Made by a program: the position numbers and the translations under genes. The notes under the pieces were generated by a model that made no database searches, was not told the DNA's origin, and saw only the letters and a list, made by a program, of their open reading frames with translations. A DNA stretch of 64,000 nt from Klebsormidium nitens (lineage: Eukaryota; Plantae; Klebsormidiophyceae), in assembly GCA_000708835.1 (NCBI GenBank), contig DF237118.1, positions 94,668 to 158,667 of the forward strand. Direction: 5' to 3'. Below, one piece after another: positions 1 through 12,262 of the stretch (position 1 is the stretch's first letter; every line of letters begins with the position of its first letter).

Positions 1-120
1 CTACATTCAAATTAACCCGTTCTGTCGAGCCATGCTTCTAGCTCTGCTTACCCAATCAACTGGTAATTCAAGTGACGCAACCCTCATATTAGCTGATATC
101 CACTTTGCCTGTCGGTCCAG

Positions 121-1986
121 GACACGATGCGGGCGCTCAAGAGCGCTCTGGAAGAGGCTGACGCCGTGGCTTATGCACAGCATGTGAGTGGACCCCTCTC
201 CCTTTTTGACCATGAAGGCCGACTCATTGGGCGCCGGACAGATTATTATACGGTCGCTTAAAGAGGGCCTCGTCGGACAAGTCCCCCGAAAAGACCTTAT
301 ACCCGGAGATTCTCGTTCGGATCGCTCAAAAAGCCGCGTGGTTCCAAATCGCGGCGATAAGCAGTCGATGCCCAATACTTGTATGTCGCCGCAAGCCACA
401 TGGGGCAGATCACGCGATCTCGAAACGACTGCTACGTCCTTCAGCAGCGACGGTCAGATACAGAGGGGCTCGTATCGGTCGTTTAGCGGAAAATTCAAGT
501 AAGCAGAACGCGTACCTTTTTGTCAATCATGCACACCAACGAAGTAAAAATTGCAGCGACTGCTAGCTCGTTTGACCAGCTGAAATGAAGTTGCTTTACT
601 ATCAAAGCATACGCGGGAGTAACGAGGAGTTCACTTCAAACACCAAAAGAACAGCCAAACTCTTGTCAACAGCTTGTCTCTCTCTTCATCGGACTGGTGC
701 AGTTGACTGCAGACTGCCTGACGTCCTTCGATCCGTCGGTTTCGTTCCTGCACCGACCTTCAAAGCACCGCTACCAGCTATGCGAGATGACTGCAAGGAT
801 CCTTACTACTCCGCTCGATACCAGCTATGGAGATCACTGCAAATATGCTTACTAACCCGTTCCCCAACTCATTCCTGCTAACCGGTCGTGATTTCCAAGG
901 TTTCGTTTCTAACCGGTCGGACTCTTTCAGGTCATCCACTTTGAGCAGCTGCCCTTGGAGGAACGGGCACTGTTACAGGCGGAACGGCAGGTGAGAATAC
1001 GCTCCCTCGTCGACCCCTGGGCCTACAAGGGGCTGAGATTCTCAACAGGTTGCAGTACAACAAGTTGGAGTCCTTTCGGCAGACTTGTGAGTTGCCGTTT
1101 TAGTTAGAAGTGGGTTGCCCGGTACTCACTTCTTTCTAGGCCAAGCGTAGTGCTTTCAACGTCCAAAGCAATTGTTAGCGCTTACAGTGCCTTTTCCCCT
1201 CTCATAAATGAGTATGTAAACCGTGAACACAATGTATAAGTAAGGTCGATGGCAGTGCTGCTTCCTGGGCTAAGCGCCGGACCGAGGAGAGCAGGAGACA
1301 GTCGTGTTCGTCGATGGATGCGTTCACATTCAGCTCGTCTTACGTTTCTGAAGAGATGTATTCCTTCTGGTCGGGAGTGACCTGAACCTTCGGGAAATTG
1401 AATAAGTAGAAGTTTGAAGAATTGTTACCCTGCTTGTCGCACAGGAGCACTTTCAGCAGCAGTGCAGCGACCGGGCGATGGCGACCGCATCTGTGACTGC
1501 GAAGCAGGTAAGGTCGCCCTGCAAGCACCAGAGGCATCGGATTTAATCAGACCTATGACTAGCTTGAAGTTCAATAAGGTTATTCATGGCTAAATGAACG
1601 ACCACCGTGCTTCGTGTTCCTTGAAGACCTTCTTCGTTTTTTTCTTTTACTTTTGAAGTCGTTTTTTTTCTTTGGATCCTGGTCGCCGGATCAAATTTAC
1701 ACTTTGCTGCCACCCGGTTAAAGGGTCTCACCGTTCGAATCGTTACATCTTTCATCGGCAGGAAGGCCGTTAGAGAGAGATGTCGTTTGCAGTCTGAGTT
1801 GCCCGCAAACGATCAAATCTATTGCTACGTTTGTTTCGACAATCGGATACTGAATCATAAACTTGTCTCAATTCGTCTGTTCCTCTTGCTCCACAGATGG
1901 CATACTTGAGGAGTCTGGGCTGCACCGCCAATCCGACAAATAGGCTCGAGGCGTCGAAGCTGATTGAGCATTACAAGTCTATATAA
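121..1986 (+). CDS. 3' part of an unidentified spliced gene (5' exons lie outside the window); C-terminal helical motif T-x-K-Q-x-x-Y-L-x-x-L-G...E-A-S-x-L-I
   Basis: Four phase-0 exons with canonical AG/GT: 121-183, 931-990, 1445-1507, 1897-1986 (TAA). Joined: DTMRALKSALEEADAVAYAQH-VIHFEQLPLEERALLQAERQ-EHFQQQCSDRAMATASVTAKQ-MAYLRSLGCTANPTNRLEASKLIEHYKSI*. Product not recognised. Confidence 0.75.
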
Positions 1987-3123
1987 AACAGCGTTGCATT
2001 TATGCATTCGGGAAAATGCAATCACTTAGACCCGTCAAAGAACATTAGTGTAGTTTACCTCTATAAAGAGGCGAAGCGCACGGGAGTCGACCAGCTTTCT
2101 TGGCGATTCGAGCTTTGACTGGCCACACGGCCTTCCCACCGTCGAGCCAATGGACATTGCATTGGATTCGCTCCATAAGTATTCGCTCTTCAAGACATGA
2201 ACGCCTCTGTTCCTGTTGCATATTTCACAATATTAATATCCGAAGCAGTATGTCCGAAGTGGGGCTGCACGTTGGTTCTATCTACTTTCTCTGTAATCAT
2301 AGAACAACGTTCGCTGGCAAAGCCAACTCAAAAATGCGTGCTCGAGTGCCTGCCAGGCAAAGAGATTCGTCGGTGCTAAATGTCTCTCGCTAGCAAACGT
2401 TAAACAAACGTGTCGTGATTGTATTACTATAGGTATTAATGAATTGATGAATTAATGAATGGCATAACTGGCTGCAATAACAGTAGGCCGCCCGTGCCAA
2501 TTAGCAGTCCCGAGCAGTGTGGCCGGTCGCTTCCAAACAACCAAACTGCCAAGTACATGCCACACTGGGCCCCTCCGTGAATGAAGAGCTTCGGCCAGCA
2601 ACAAACCATCTGCCCTTCTCTGAGAATCTTCTAGCAACTGCCTGCGAGAACGGACACTTTCACTTTCGACACCGGCGGCCATTGCGAAGATGCCGGACGA
2701 TCCGAGGATCGGCCATGAGAGCTGACTGCTCAGCTATCAACGCACGCGCTTATGCGCGGCGGCCGCCACTTGAAGGCTGGCGGCCGGGCGCCGCGCTGCG
2801 CGGCCACGGAACCTGCGCGGCCGCTACCGCGATCCGCCTCATGCATGCAATCAGGCGCGAATGCTTACGCAAGCATTTAGGCCTCTTGAATGCGAACACG
2901 GTTCACTTGTGAGCGATAGATGATCGTCCGATAAGAAGCAAGTTTTGTCATCGACGGCCGCGATTGCCGTAATTCTGCCTGTCTCCTGATTGAGCCAATG
3001 AGAAGCGGCAGCTTCCAACGATCAAATCGTGCCATATGCACAGGCTGACCTCAGCAAGAAACTGGAAATTTCAAAGCGCATTCATGACCTGGCATGCAAT
3101 GTGCCTGGTGCCATCATATTGAA

Positions 3124-3687
3124 CAGGGTTTCCCATGGACTTTCGTCCCGGCCGGCCCCCTGCCGGCACCCCCTCGGTCGTACCGGCTGGCTGGCCGGCT
3201 GCGCCGGCCGGCCACCTTTGCCCATGATGCAAGCCTGGCGTTAATGGGTGACGGCCGGAGCTCCCGGGGGACCCCCCCGCGCGGGCTGGGCCCTTTTAAC
3301 CAGGTGGTTGGGTCTCCCCGGGGTTCAAGCCACCTTTCGACCACAAAGTTTAGGGGTTGCCTTGTCGTGCCTAGCTGTATCCTCACATTGCCGTACAAAG
3401 CAGCAGGTACTCTCGATCCTTTTCGATGTTTTTAGGATCTAGACTCTTGGTCGAGCGGTTGAGACGATTGTTAAGCGACCAGTCTTGGACCCGGGGAGAC
3501 TCACCGGACGGGGCAAGTCCAGAGTGGTCCGGGGCTGGCACCTAACCTATTAGGCTCTGGCTGGCAGGGTCCTGGCAGAGCCGGCTGCAGGGCCGGCCCA
3601 CAGCCGGCAGGGTGCCTTCGGCACCGGCCGGGTTGGCAAATCTACCGGCCAGGTCCTGCCCCAGCGTGCCGGCTGTGAGAAACCCTG
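3124..3687. mobile_element. Non-autonomous hAT-type DNA transposon (MITE), 564 bp
   Basis: Terminal inverted repeats CAGGGTTTC (3124) and GAAACCCTG (ends 3687). Perfect 8-bp flanking duplication ATATTGAA at 3116-3123 and 3688-3695. Both subterminal regions are rich in GCCGGC/CCGG. No transposase ORF. An 8-bp TSD with CAGGG ends is the established hAT signature. Confidence 0.9.
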
Positions 3688-4051
3688 ATATTGAAGCCTG
3701 CGCAATCTCTTCCAAGGGCGCAATCAGATTTCTTGCAAGACCACGGCCAGCACTGGCAGTGGCAGGCATCTGGTTCTCATTCTCTTCGTTCTGGGCAGAA
3801 TTTATGAGCAAGCAGGTGCTCAATGCGTTCTAGCTGGTAGAGGAACGAGCTTTCCCGCCTGGAGGCTCTTTGAATGGGCTTCAGAGGCGCACAAGAATTT
3901 TTGGAGGGCGCGTCAGCAGCGCCTTTTGGTTCTGTTCAGAGGTCGGGGAGCTAGATCTAAGCAGACCTGATCGTGACCTCATTTTGAGCTACGATTGGCA
4001 GCGGCAGCGGCAGCGGATGTGAGTGAGGTCAGTGTGAGGTCAACGGGAAGG

Positions 4052-7000
4052 ATGGTTGCCACGCGCTCCCAATATCAAGCTGTGGCGAACGGAGACCCAG
4101 CTATGGCAAACGGAGATGGTGGAAAGCCGGCTGCGCACGCAGATCTGGAGACGCCCGAGACGCCAGTCAACATTCCAATTCATAGACGCATCCCGGACTA
4201 CCTGCAGTCAGTCAACCTTTCCCACGTCCGACGTGGGTACCACCTGCTCATCACCCACGCTGTCACGCTCCTGGTGCTGCCGCTGTTCCTGTCAGTCGGA
4301 GTAGAGGTCCTGCGGATGCGGCCAGCGGACATCCTGCAGCTTTGGGAGCATCTGCAGTTCAATCTGGTCAGCGTTGTGGTCTGCTCCGCCGCGATCGTGT
4401 TTGGTGCTACCGTGTACTTCCTCTCTAGGGCTAGGCCGGTCTATCTGGTGGAGTTTGCGTGCTGTCAGCCAGAAATGGATCACGAAGTAGATCGGGACTA
4501 CTTCATCAGCGGCACTAAGTGGGCATTTGCTGGCAATGAGAAGGCGATCGATTTCCAGAGCAAGATCATCTGGCGCTCGGGCCTAGGGGACAGCACATTC
4601 TTGCCAAAGGCTGTCAGGAACCGCCCCCCAAACCCTACGATGGACATGGCGAGGAGAGAGGCCGAGGAGGTCATGTTCAGCACCCTGGAGAACCTTTTTG
4701 CAAAAACAGGGGTGAAGCCAAAGGAGGTGGATATCTTAATCGTCAATTGCTCTCTCTTCAACCCCACGCCGTCGCTGTCAGCCATGATAGTGAACCATTT
4801 CAAGATGAGGGGCAATGTCAAGACGTACAACCTTGGGGGCATGGGGTGCAGTGCTGGGGTGATCTCTATCGATCTCGCAAGGGACCTGCTTCAGGTGCAC
4901 CGCAACTCGCTGGCTGTTGTCGTCAGCACAGAGAACATCACTCAAAACTGGTACTTTGGCAATGACAGGTAAGACTGCTTCTGAGATTCCACTTCCCTTT
5001 GTTTGTGGTCATCTAGCTCTTCCACTTGGTCAACCAATGGGTGCAGCATAGATTGGTCAATTGTTGTCTATGTTGCTTCTGTCCTAGTGGATGAAGACCT
5101 TTTCTGTGCAGCTGACTGCTTGTGATCAGATTGAAGTGGTGTTATTGGGCACCCTCATTGGATCGTGGCCCACGCCCAGTCGAAGTCTTTAATATTTTCA
5201 AAGATTGTATGTGTTTGGATGAAGCAAGATTGTGTTGAATGATGAAACTTGCTTCTAAGCTCGGTCAAGCAGCTATCCTTGCAACACCCTGCATTGCGAA
5301 AGGGCCGAGACATAGTGATTGGCCAGTCTTGGAGCATATTGCCATGTAAAGTGTTGGCGAGGCTGCATGCATTCATCCTGAGTTTTAGAAAGTGCCACTT
5401 TGATACCTGAAATATCTTGTAGCTGCGAGTCCCCTTCTATACTACTTCTACACCAGTCAGTTTGTATTGCACTACTGAGTCCTGCTTGATGTCTGCATAC
5501 TTGAGTACAGCAGGCCAAAGTATCCATCACTTTAGCGACAAGTAGCAATCAAACTGTACCACCATCCTCATTTGGTGCTTGAGGCTCTTGGCTGGCGAGC
5601 TGCATCAAATCGCAAGATGCCTTCAGTCATTTGTCACAGCACTTTGAAATCTACTCTTGTTTTGGGTTATTCACTCTGCCAAAGCTACCAGTTTTCATTC
5701 CGCAGTCTGTGTGTGATCTGTTTTGTCTTTCTTTCGATCTTCTTCTTTTTCGATCTTTCCTTTCGTCTCTCTTCCAAACACTTCGTATTCCCCTGCTGTT
5801 GGCAGCATTACTCACTTTTCAAAGTATGACCTCCACTACTCAATTTGTAGAGTTTTCACGCAGGTCATGATGGTTCCAAACTGCCTCTTCCTTTTTACCC
5901 CCTGATCACCCGATGTTCGAATCGCAAGTTTCCACCTTCGATTGCAATGTTCCTCCGACCTCCATCCTTTTTCTTTGCAGGTCCATGATGATCTCCAACT
6001 GCCTGTTTCTCCATAGCCCCGATCATTCAACTAATCAAAGCACCACTTTCCACCTCATAATCCAATCTCTCTGGTCGTAATATTCTCAACCTCCATCCTC
6101 TCCTCTGGTCCCAAATGCCTGTTTGCATTAAAACCTTGATTACTCAAACATGGTTTCCGGTTTACTTTACGCTTTGTCATTGCAATTTTCCTTCAACCTC
6201 CCTCCTCGCCTCTGCAGATGATGTCCAACTGCCTGTTCTACACGGTAGCGCAGCCGTTCTCTTTCCGCACGCTTCGTTTCTCCTTCGATTAAGTTTTCCC
6301 AGATTTAAACTCAAAACACTTGAATGAACAAGTTTCGATTTTTGTTATGCAGGTCCATGATGATCCCCAACTGCCTGTTCCGCATGGGGGGTGCTGCGAT
6401 GCTCCTCTCGAACCGCGCGCGCGACGGCTGGCGCGCCAAGTACGAGTTGCTGCACACGGTCAGGACCAACAAGGCGGCGGACGACCGGTGCTACAACTGC
6501 GTGTTTCAGAAGGAGGACGAGGCTGGCAAGGTCGGGGTGTCGCTGTCCAAGGATCTTATGGCCATCGCGGGTGAGCATCTAACTTTGGGATACACTTGGT
6601 TCAGCATTTGTTAATTGGTCCACCGCAGCTTGAATCTCGATTCGGGTTCTGTTGAGAGGCCTGGGTTTGGGCTTAACATCAGCCACGCTGAGCGTTCGCT
6701 GTGTCCAAAGAAAGTTGACCATCAGTTTGGCGGTAGCGAACTTCAGGGTCTCCAACGTCAAGGGCCGCTGTTGAAGAAAGTAACGGCTATCGAAAGTGAG
6801 CCCTACACTCAAAGTCAGGAGAATGCTTGGCCGAGCAACTCTTCACAGGATGCTTACTTCAAGCATGGGCCAAGGTAAGACTTTCACCGGCGGCCGTTTT
6901 TTCCTGAATCAGTGAACGAGAGCACCGTGCTGCTTTTATCCCATTGTGACACATCTTTGGCACTTAGGCTGCCGTACTCGTCATGTCACCAACACGTTTC

Positions 7001-8327
7001 GCTTTGGAGACGTGACGCCACTTTGTTTCGTCCTACCCCAGGGGAGACCCTGAAGGCCAACATTACGACACTGGGCCCGCTCGTCCTGCCCCTCTCGGAG
7101 CAGATCCTATTCTTCGTCGTGCTCGTGGCTCGGAAGCTGTTCAAGATGAAGATGAAGCCGTACATCCCGGACTTCAAGCTCGCGTTCGAGCACTTCTGCA
7201 TCCATGCGGGGGGGCGCGGCGTCATTGACGAGATGGAGAAGAACCTGCAGCTGCGGGAGTACCATACGGAGCCGTCCCGGATGACGCTCTACAAGTGAGT
7301 TTGATTTACGAAAGGCTGGATATTTGGATGAAGCACCATTCGGGACTGATGCGTAACGTAGTCGTGTCTGGCAATGCTCCAAGAGGTTGTTGCGACTGCA
7401 TGGAGAGAGGGTGGTGGTTTGATGCTCAACAAGCGGGGTTTGCAGTCGCCGTTCTCGGGTGAATGTCTGATTGGGGGAAAGGCAGGGGAAGCGAAGATGA
7501 GTGGCGAGTCTGCATGGTGGTCGAGAGTTCACAAGTTGTCTTTCTTTTCCCGTTCGCTGAAAGTGACGCGAGTTGCTGAGGTTGAAGAGGACGACGAAAC
7601 GGGAAAACGTTGAAAGGTCGGCGATGGGGTAGAGATAGTGGCATCCTGTCAAATCGAATACAGCGTGGTTGGGCTACCGCTGTCTTTTGCCCGCAGAATT
7701 TCAAGGCGCGTCTTGCTTGGTTCAGGCTCGTTCTGTCAAGAGGAAAGTATGCATCAGTAGGTGATAGCGGAAGCGAAAGTCGCCGTTTGTGGTTTCGGTT
7801 GAAAACGATAGTGTCTGATGCTAAAAAGCGTTCGTCAAATGGTCGACGTGTTTCACAATCCTTTCAAGAATTTTTTCAAGAGGAAACCTCTTCTTACCTC
7901 GACTCCGGGGCCTTTCAAGCATCGCTCTTACGACTATCTTCCGAGGCCGATCTTCACACCAGTTCGAAGCAGACAGGACAATCCGAAGCGGCTTATACAT
8001 TGACCAGAATCAATTTTGTGCATTGTAAACAGCCTGGTCCTTCCAATCAGTCAATGCCACTGTTGCCTGCGCCAGTCTGTATGTACATTTTACGAATCAT
8101 CGTATATCGATTGCAGGTGGGGGAACACGTCATCGTCGTCGATATGGTACGAGCTCGCCTACTCGGAGTACGCGGGGCGCGTTCGCCGAGGGGACCGCAT
8201 CTGGCAGATTGCTTTTGGCAGCGGGTTCAAGTGCAACAGCGCCGTCTGGAGGGCGCTTCGGACGATCCAATCGCCGCCGGACAGCGTGTGGATTGGCACG
8301 CAAAAGCCTGCTGTCTTTCCTAGTTAG
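4052..8327 (+). CDS. KCS: 3-ketoacyl-CoA synthase (FAE1/KCS-type very-long-chain fatty acid elongase)
   Basis: Exons 4052-4968, 6353-6570, 7042-7294, 8117-8327 (TAG), phases consistent. Catalytic motifs [11 protein letters not shown] (Cys), FCIHAGG (His), GNTSSSS (Asn), plus [16 protein letters not shown] and two N-terminal hydrophobic helices. Confidence 0.97.
5861..6240 (+). repeat. Four decayed tandem copies of the KCS exon-2 acceptor plus exon start, inside intron 1
   Basis: Real: TGCAG|GTCCATGATGATCCCCAACTGCCTGTTC (exon from 6353). Copies: CAG|GTCATGATGGTTCCAAACTGCCTCTTC (5861), TGCAG|GTCCATGATGATCTCCAACTGCCTGTTT (exon copy from 5981), GGTCCCAAATGCCTGTTTGCAT (6107), TGCAG|ATGATGTCCAACTGCCTGTTC (exon copy from 6218). 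Period about 115-135 bp. Confidence 0.9.
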
Positions 8328-9348
8328 AAGCCATGTTGGTAGGAAGGCCCAATTCGCCTGTATCGTATGTCGAGAAGGTGTGTAATGCCCGCATGATGAA
8401 TTTTTTCAGGTAGGTTGCGATTGGCTGAATAAAGAGAGCAACCGGCTCAATTGACAGTGTTGCTCTTAGAAAGTTTAGATAGAGTTGAGAGGGTTTGGGC
8501 TTGTGAAAATTGGGATGGTGCTTTTGTTGGTAGTCTAACAGCGGCTAACACATACCGAAGCTGCGCAGTAGGCCGTTCAGGTATGGAAGTCCACCGACAA
8601 ACCAGTGTTTGTTAGTTTTGTGGTGTCATCGATTGAGCTTGTTTCAGCAAGGGCGGAAGCTGCGGCGGGCTAGCTTCTTTGCATCAATGCTGGCACGCTT
8701 TTGTCTGAAGTTTGTTGATAAGCTTCTAAACCGCGCCTCAACTGGCTTCGTCAGGAAGGTGGGCTCGTCATGAGTGCAGGCTGAGAGGGGCATGATCGTT
8801 CGGTTTGACGCGTGTACTAAGTTGGCTCAAAGCAACACCATATATATGTGCATGCCATATCTCCATGGTTGTAATCTGTGTGTAAGATATGTGGCCGGCT
8901 CGATCGGTGCCAGCGTGCGGGCGGCAGCCACGCGCATGCATGGTATTGTGTGAACCAAATATATGATCCCGGCCTTGGCACATGTGCATGCATGCTCCGA
9001 GTCGCTTATACATGGCCGCCCACCGCCGACGACGTGCGTAGTATGGACCGTATTGTCATTGATAGCTCATGGCAACATATAGCACCCCGCCGCAGAAAGC
9101 TACCACTGAGCGTGACGGTTGTCTGCGAGGATTGAGCTGCCAGGCTCTTTCAGTCACGCGCATGACGCAATTACACCAATAAGAGCGTTGCACGTAGAGC
9201 GTTACATCCAATGCCGTTCATGTTTGCATTGCAGTCGAGCCTGTTTTCGACCGGAGCCAAATCTTCACATGCTCCGGGCCGCCAATAAGCATGCTAGAGA
9301 GATTCAATGCGGATGATTTGGCCGGACAGGCAAGCCCAGCGGTATTCT

Positions 9349-11121
9349 TTAAGACGACTCACCGGTCTTCCTTATCCGGCGATATATGTGTGCGAAATAG
9401 AACAGAAGATCGTCATAGCAGTGGCACTCGCTACTTCCGCCCTCGTGGGCTTTCGTATGCCTCTGCTTGCAGAGATAGTAAATAGCTTCAATGGTAGACA
9501 CCCCCTCGTCTGTGATGTTTTTCGTGTGGTACCGCCAAAAAGCGGTCTTCACGGGCTCGAGGCGAACGTGTGGCAGCCCTTTCAGAAGCGGATCCTCGAT
9601 GAGCGACTTGGCTTTCTTCCACTGCAAGAGTCATAAGATCGTCTTACACTCCGTCTTAGTAAACGATGTCGGAAAATGCTGAGAGACGCCTGCCGATTGG
9701 ACAATGGACTCACTGGTCGATCCTTTCTCATCAGACAGAGAAACGCAGTGACTTACAGGCACCCTAGATGAGATGAGATGTTTCTCGTGTTTTGCAGGCT
9801 CCCAAATGATGGTAGCATGTTCGCTGCCTGCGAGGCTGTTGAAACAAACCCGAAAACGCTAGACAGATTCCTACTCAGCAAGAGTACACACGGGCTCCAG
9901 TCCTCAGGCAGGCAGAAAACACATAGAACTAAGTGCGAACAAGAATCATTTGGGGCGTGCTTTCTGCAAATGCATCCGCTCACCTTCGAGTCTATGAGAA
10001 GAACGTGTTCGAGGCGCTCCATTTGCAACTCGGAGACTGGCACTGATTTGCTCGACGGGAACAGGACGGCCGTAGTAGAGGGGTCAAAAGCTGTCGGAAA
10101 GCGGTTTCCTCCGTAGATGGTCACTTGGCCCGGTGCCAACAGGGCGGCGTGGACGCTGGTTGCCGCACTTCGCCGTTCCTCTCCATGCAAAAGGCTGGAA
10201 GGGCGGGTAACTTCAAGTGCTTAGAAACTATGGTATGATGAGAGAGAATAGATACTGAGCGGCTAAGGTTTCCTACGAATTTTCCCGCTCTAGAATTGCA
10301 GAATGACGCGCACTTCATGGATTGATAACCACAATCCGAAACTTCCGTATGCAGGACATATTTCCCAAATCTAGACACTATGCAGATTGACTCAATTAAC
10401 CTGCCACAAGTAAGCTGGCAATGGATATCGGCTCGAAGCACTTTTGTAGTCCATTGATAAGTGACGCTTGGGCAGCTCACATGTGAATGTGGAATGGCAG
10501 GTTGACAGTGGGAACTTTGCTGCGATCCGTCAGGACCTGCACGGCAACAGGAATCTGGTTGAAGATAACCTTGCCATCTCACTATACAGGATGTCCCACT
10601 ATGAACACCAGACCGCGTTCGCGCATTCAGAAAGACAGCCGTACATGATGTAGCGGTGCTAACAAAGTTTTTCATAAAGCCGCTTGAGCTTCAGCTTCCA
10701 GAAAGCGAGAACAGATCTTAGAAAAGGGGGAAAGCCTGACCTGGAGGCAATCATAGCAGAAAAGGGAACGGCTGCTTTTGCACTGCGGACAGATTCTCCG
10801 CTCGCTCTCCTCGTCCAGAAAGTCTGAGGGCTTCGGGTGAACGTCCGCCGGCAGTTCTGGGAGGACAAAGTCAGGGTGGCGGTGCGTCAAAGCAAGCCGC
10901 CCCTCCGCGTCTGGTCTCCTCTTCATGGTGTTATGCTTGCCTGGCTTTGGCTTCTTGGCTTGGGGCTGCTCTAGCTGGCTCCCAGGGGATTTCTGAGGTT
11001 GTGGCGTTGCCGAAGTACCCAGATCGTTTGGACGGGAATCTTGATCAGGTTGAGAAGTGTCGGAGGGTTGTGGAGGAGGTGGCGTGTCCGCAACTGATGG
11101 CGTCAGGTTACTGGAAGCCAT
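9349..11121 (-). CDS. DTWD1: DTW-domain protein, DTWD1-like tRNA-uridine aminocarboxypropyltransferase
   Basis: Exons 11121-10741, 10536-10481, 10194-9984, 9621-9349 (TAA), phases consistent. Motifs RRICPQCKSSRSLFCYDC, SVHAALLAP, VLFPS, LIDSKWKKAK, TAFWRY, STIEAIYY, YDDLLFYF. Confidence 0.9.
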
Positions 11122-12262
11122 GCTCCTCCTACCAACAAAAACTTTGGCTAATGATAGACAAGGGGGACGCGTCAGAGGGGCAAGCGACAAATTGGCTTTT
11201 AGCACCACCGCTCCATCAGAGGGCCAACACTGAAGAAAAGTGCGCCTGATTCCCGGGCTTTGGAGTGGGACAGCCGTGCAAGAGGTGGAAGCTGGAGGAA
11301 AACAAGTTGGAGGCGATGCAACGCGCTGCATTTATCAGCTTCACAAGTCAGAGGAGCACGCGAGCAGGCTCGGCAGGGTCAGGGCAGAGTGCCAACCATG
11401 CTCGGCTGAACGAGGGTTATGGGTGGAACCGCTACAAAACTCTGATTTGCAAGCGCAGCCCTCTGGCCGTTATGAAGATAACCCGAATACAGTGGCTTTG
11501 CCAACGTGTTTTGATGGGGAATGGGGCACATGTTTCGCAACTATTATCTACGATGTGATACTGAACTTCGCTTGTAGATTGCTGGCGACCAAGGTTGCCG
11601 GAAGCGTTGATCTAAGTACCGGTCTCAGGTACCGGGAAGTTTGAACCAGCTTTTGAAGGTAGTACTGTGGTCGGTTAGCTTGATAGGTCAACGGGGATGG
11701 ACGACCGGGTCAACGCGACTTGGAACCTTGAAATCCCAAAATTAGTCCAATTCTACATTCGGCTTGTTGCCCCGAGTATGTGGATGCGGCGACCCATTGT
11801 GTGCAATATACGGTGGCAGAGTCGCTATAACAATTCCCCCCGAGGAGTCGTTTTCGACGGCCTTGTCAGTTGGCTGTAGATTCCGTTCGATAAAGTGCTG
11901 TACGTGCTAATCCGTCAAAAGATTCTGCCGCACTTGCCCGCGCTCCCGTCACCAAATTCACCGGTTTCGACGATAAACGGCCATTTATGTAGAAACAGGG
12001 CAATATTCTAGGTATGGCGTGTGCTGAGAAGTTCAGTAAATATTGTTGTTGAGCTGCATCAACGCAGCATTGGACGCTGATTGCGCCAAAGCAAGGTTAC
12101 CCGAGGAGCGAGGAAGCCTGTCCATACAGAAGGAGCGTTTTTGAAGGCTCAAAAACATTTGTTGAACGTTTCTCTAAGATTATTTTTCAGTTCCTTACTT
12201 ACAAAGTGCTGAAAATAAAGCGGCACCTTGCACCACCTTGCAAACAACCAGTTCAGAAAGAG

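Noticed and set aside
7610-8116. 237-aa ORF 7610-8323 and other intronic ORFs from the six-frame track
   Set aside because: They lie in introns or overlap real exons out of frame, and show no recognisable motifs.
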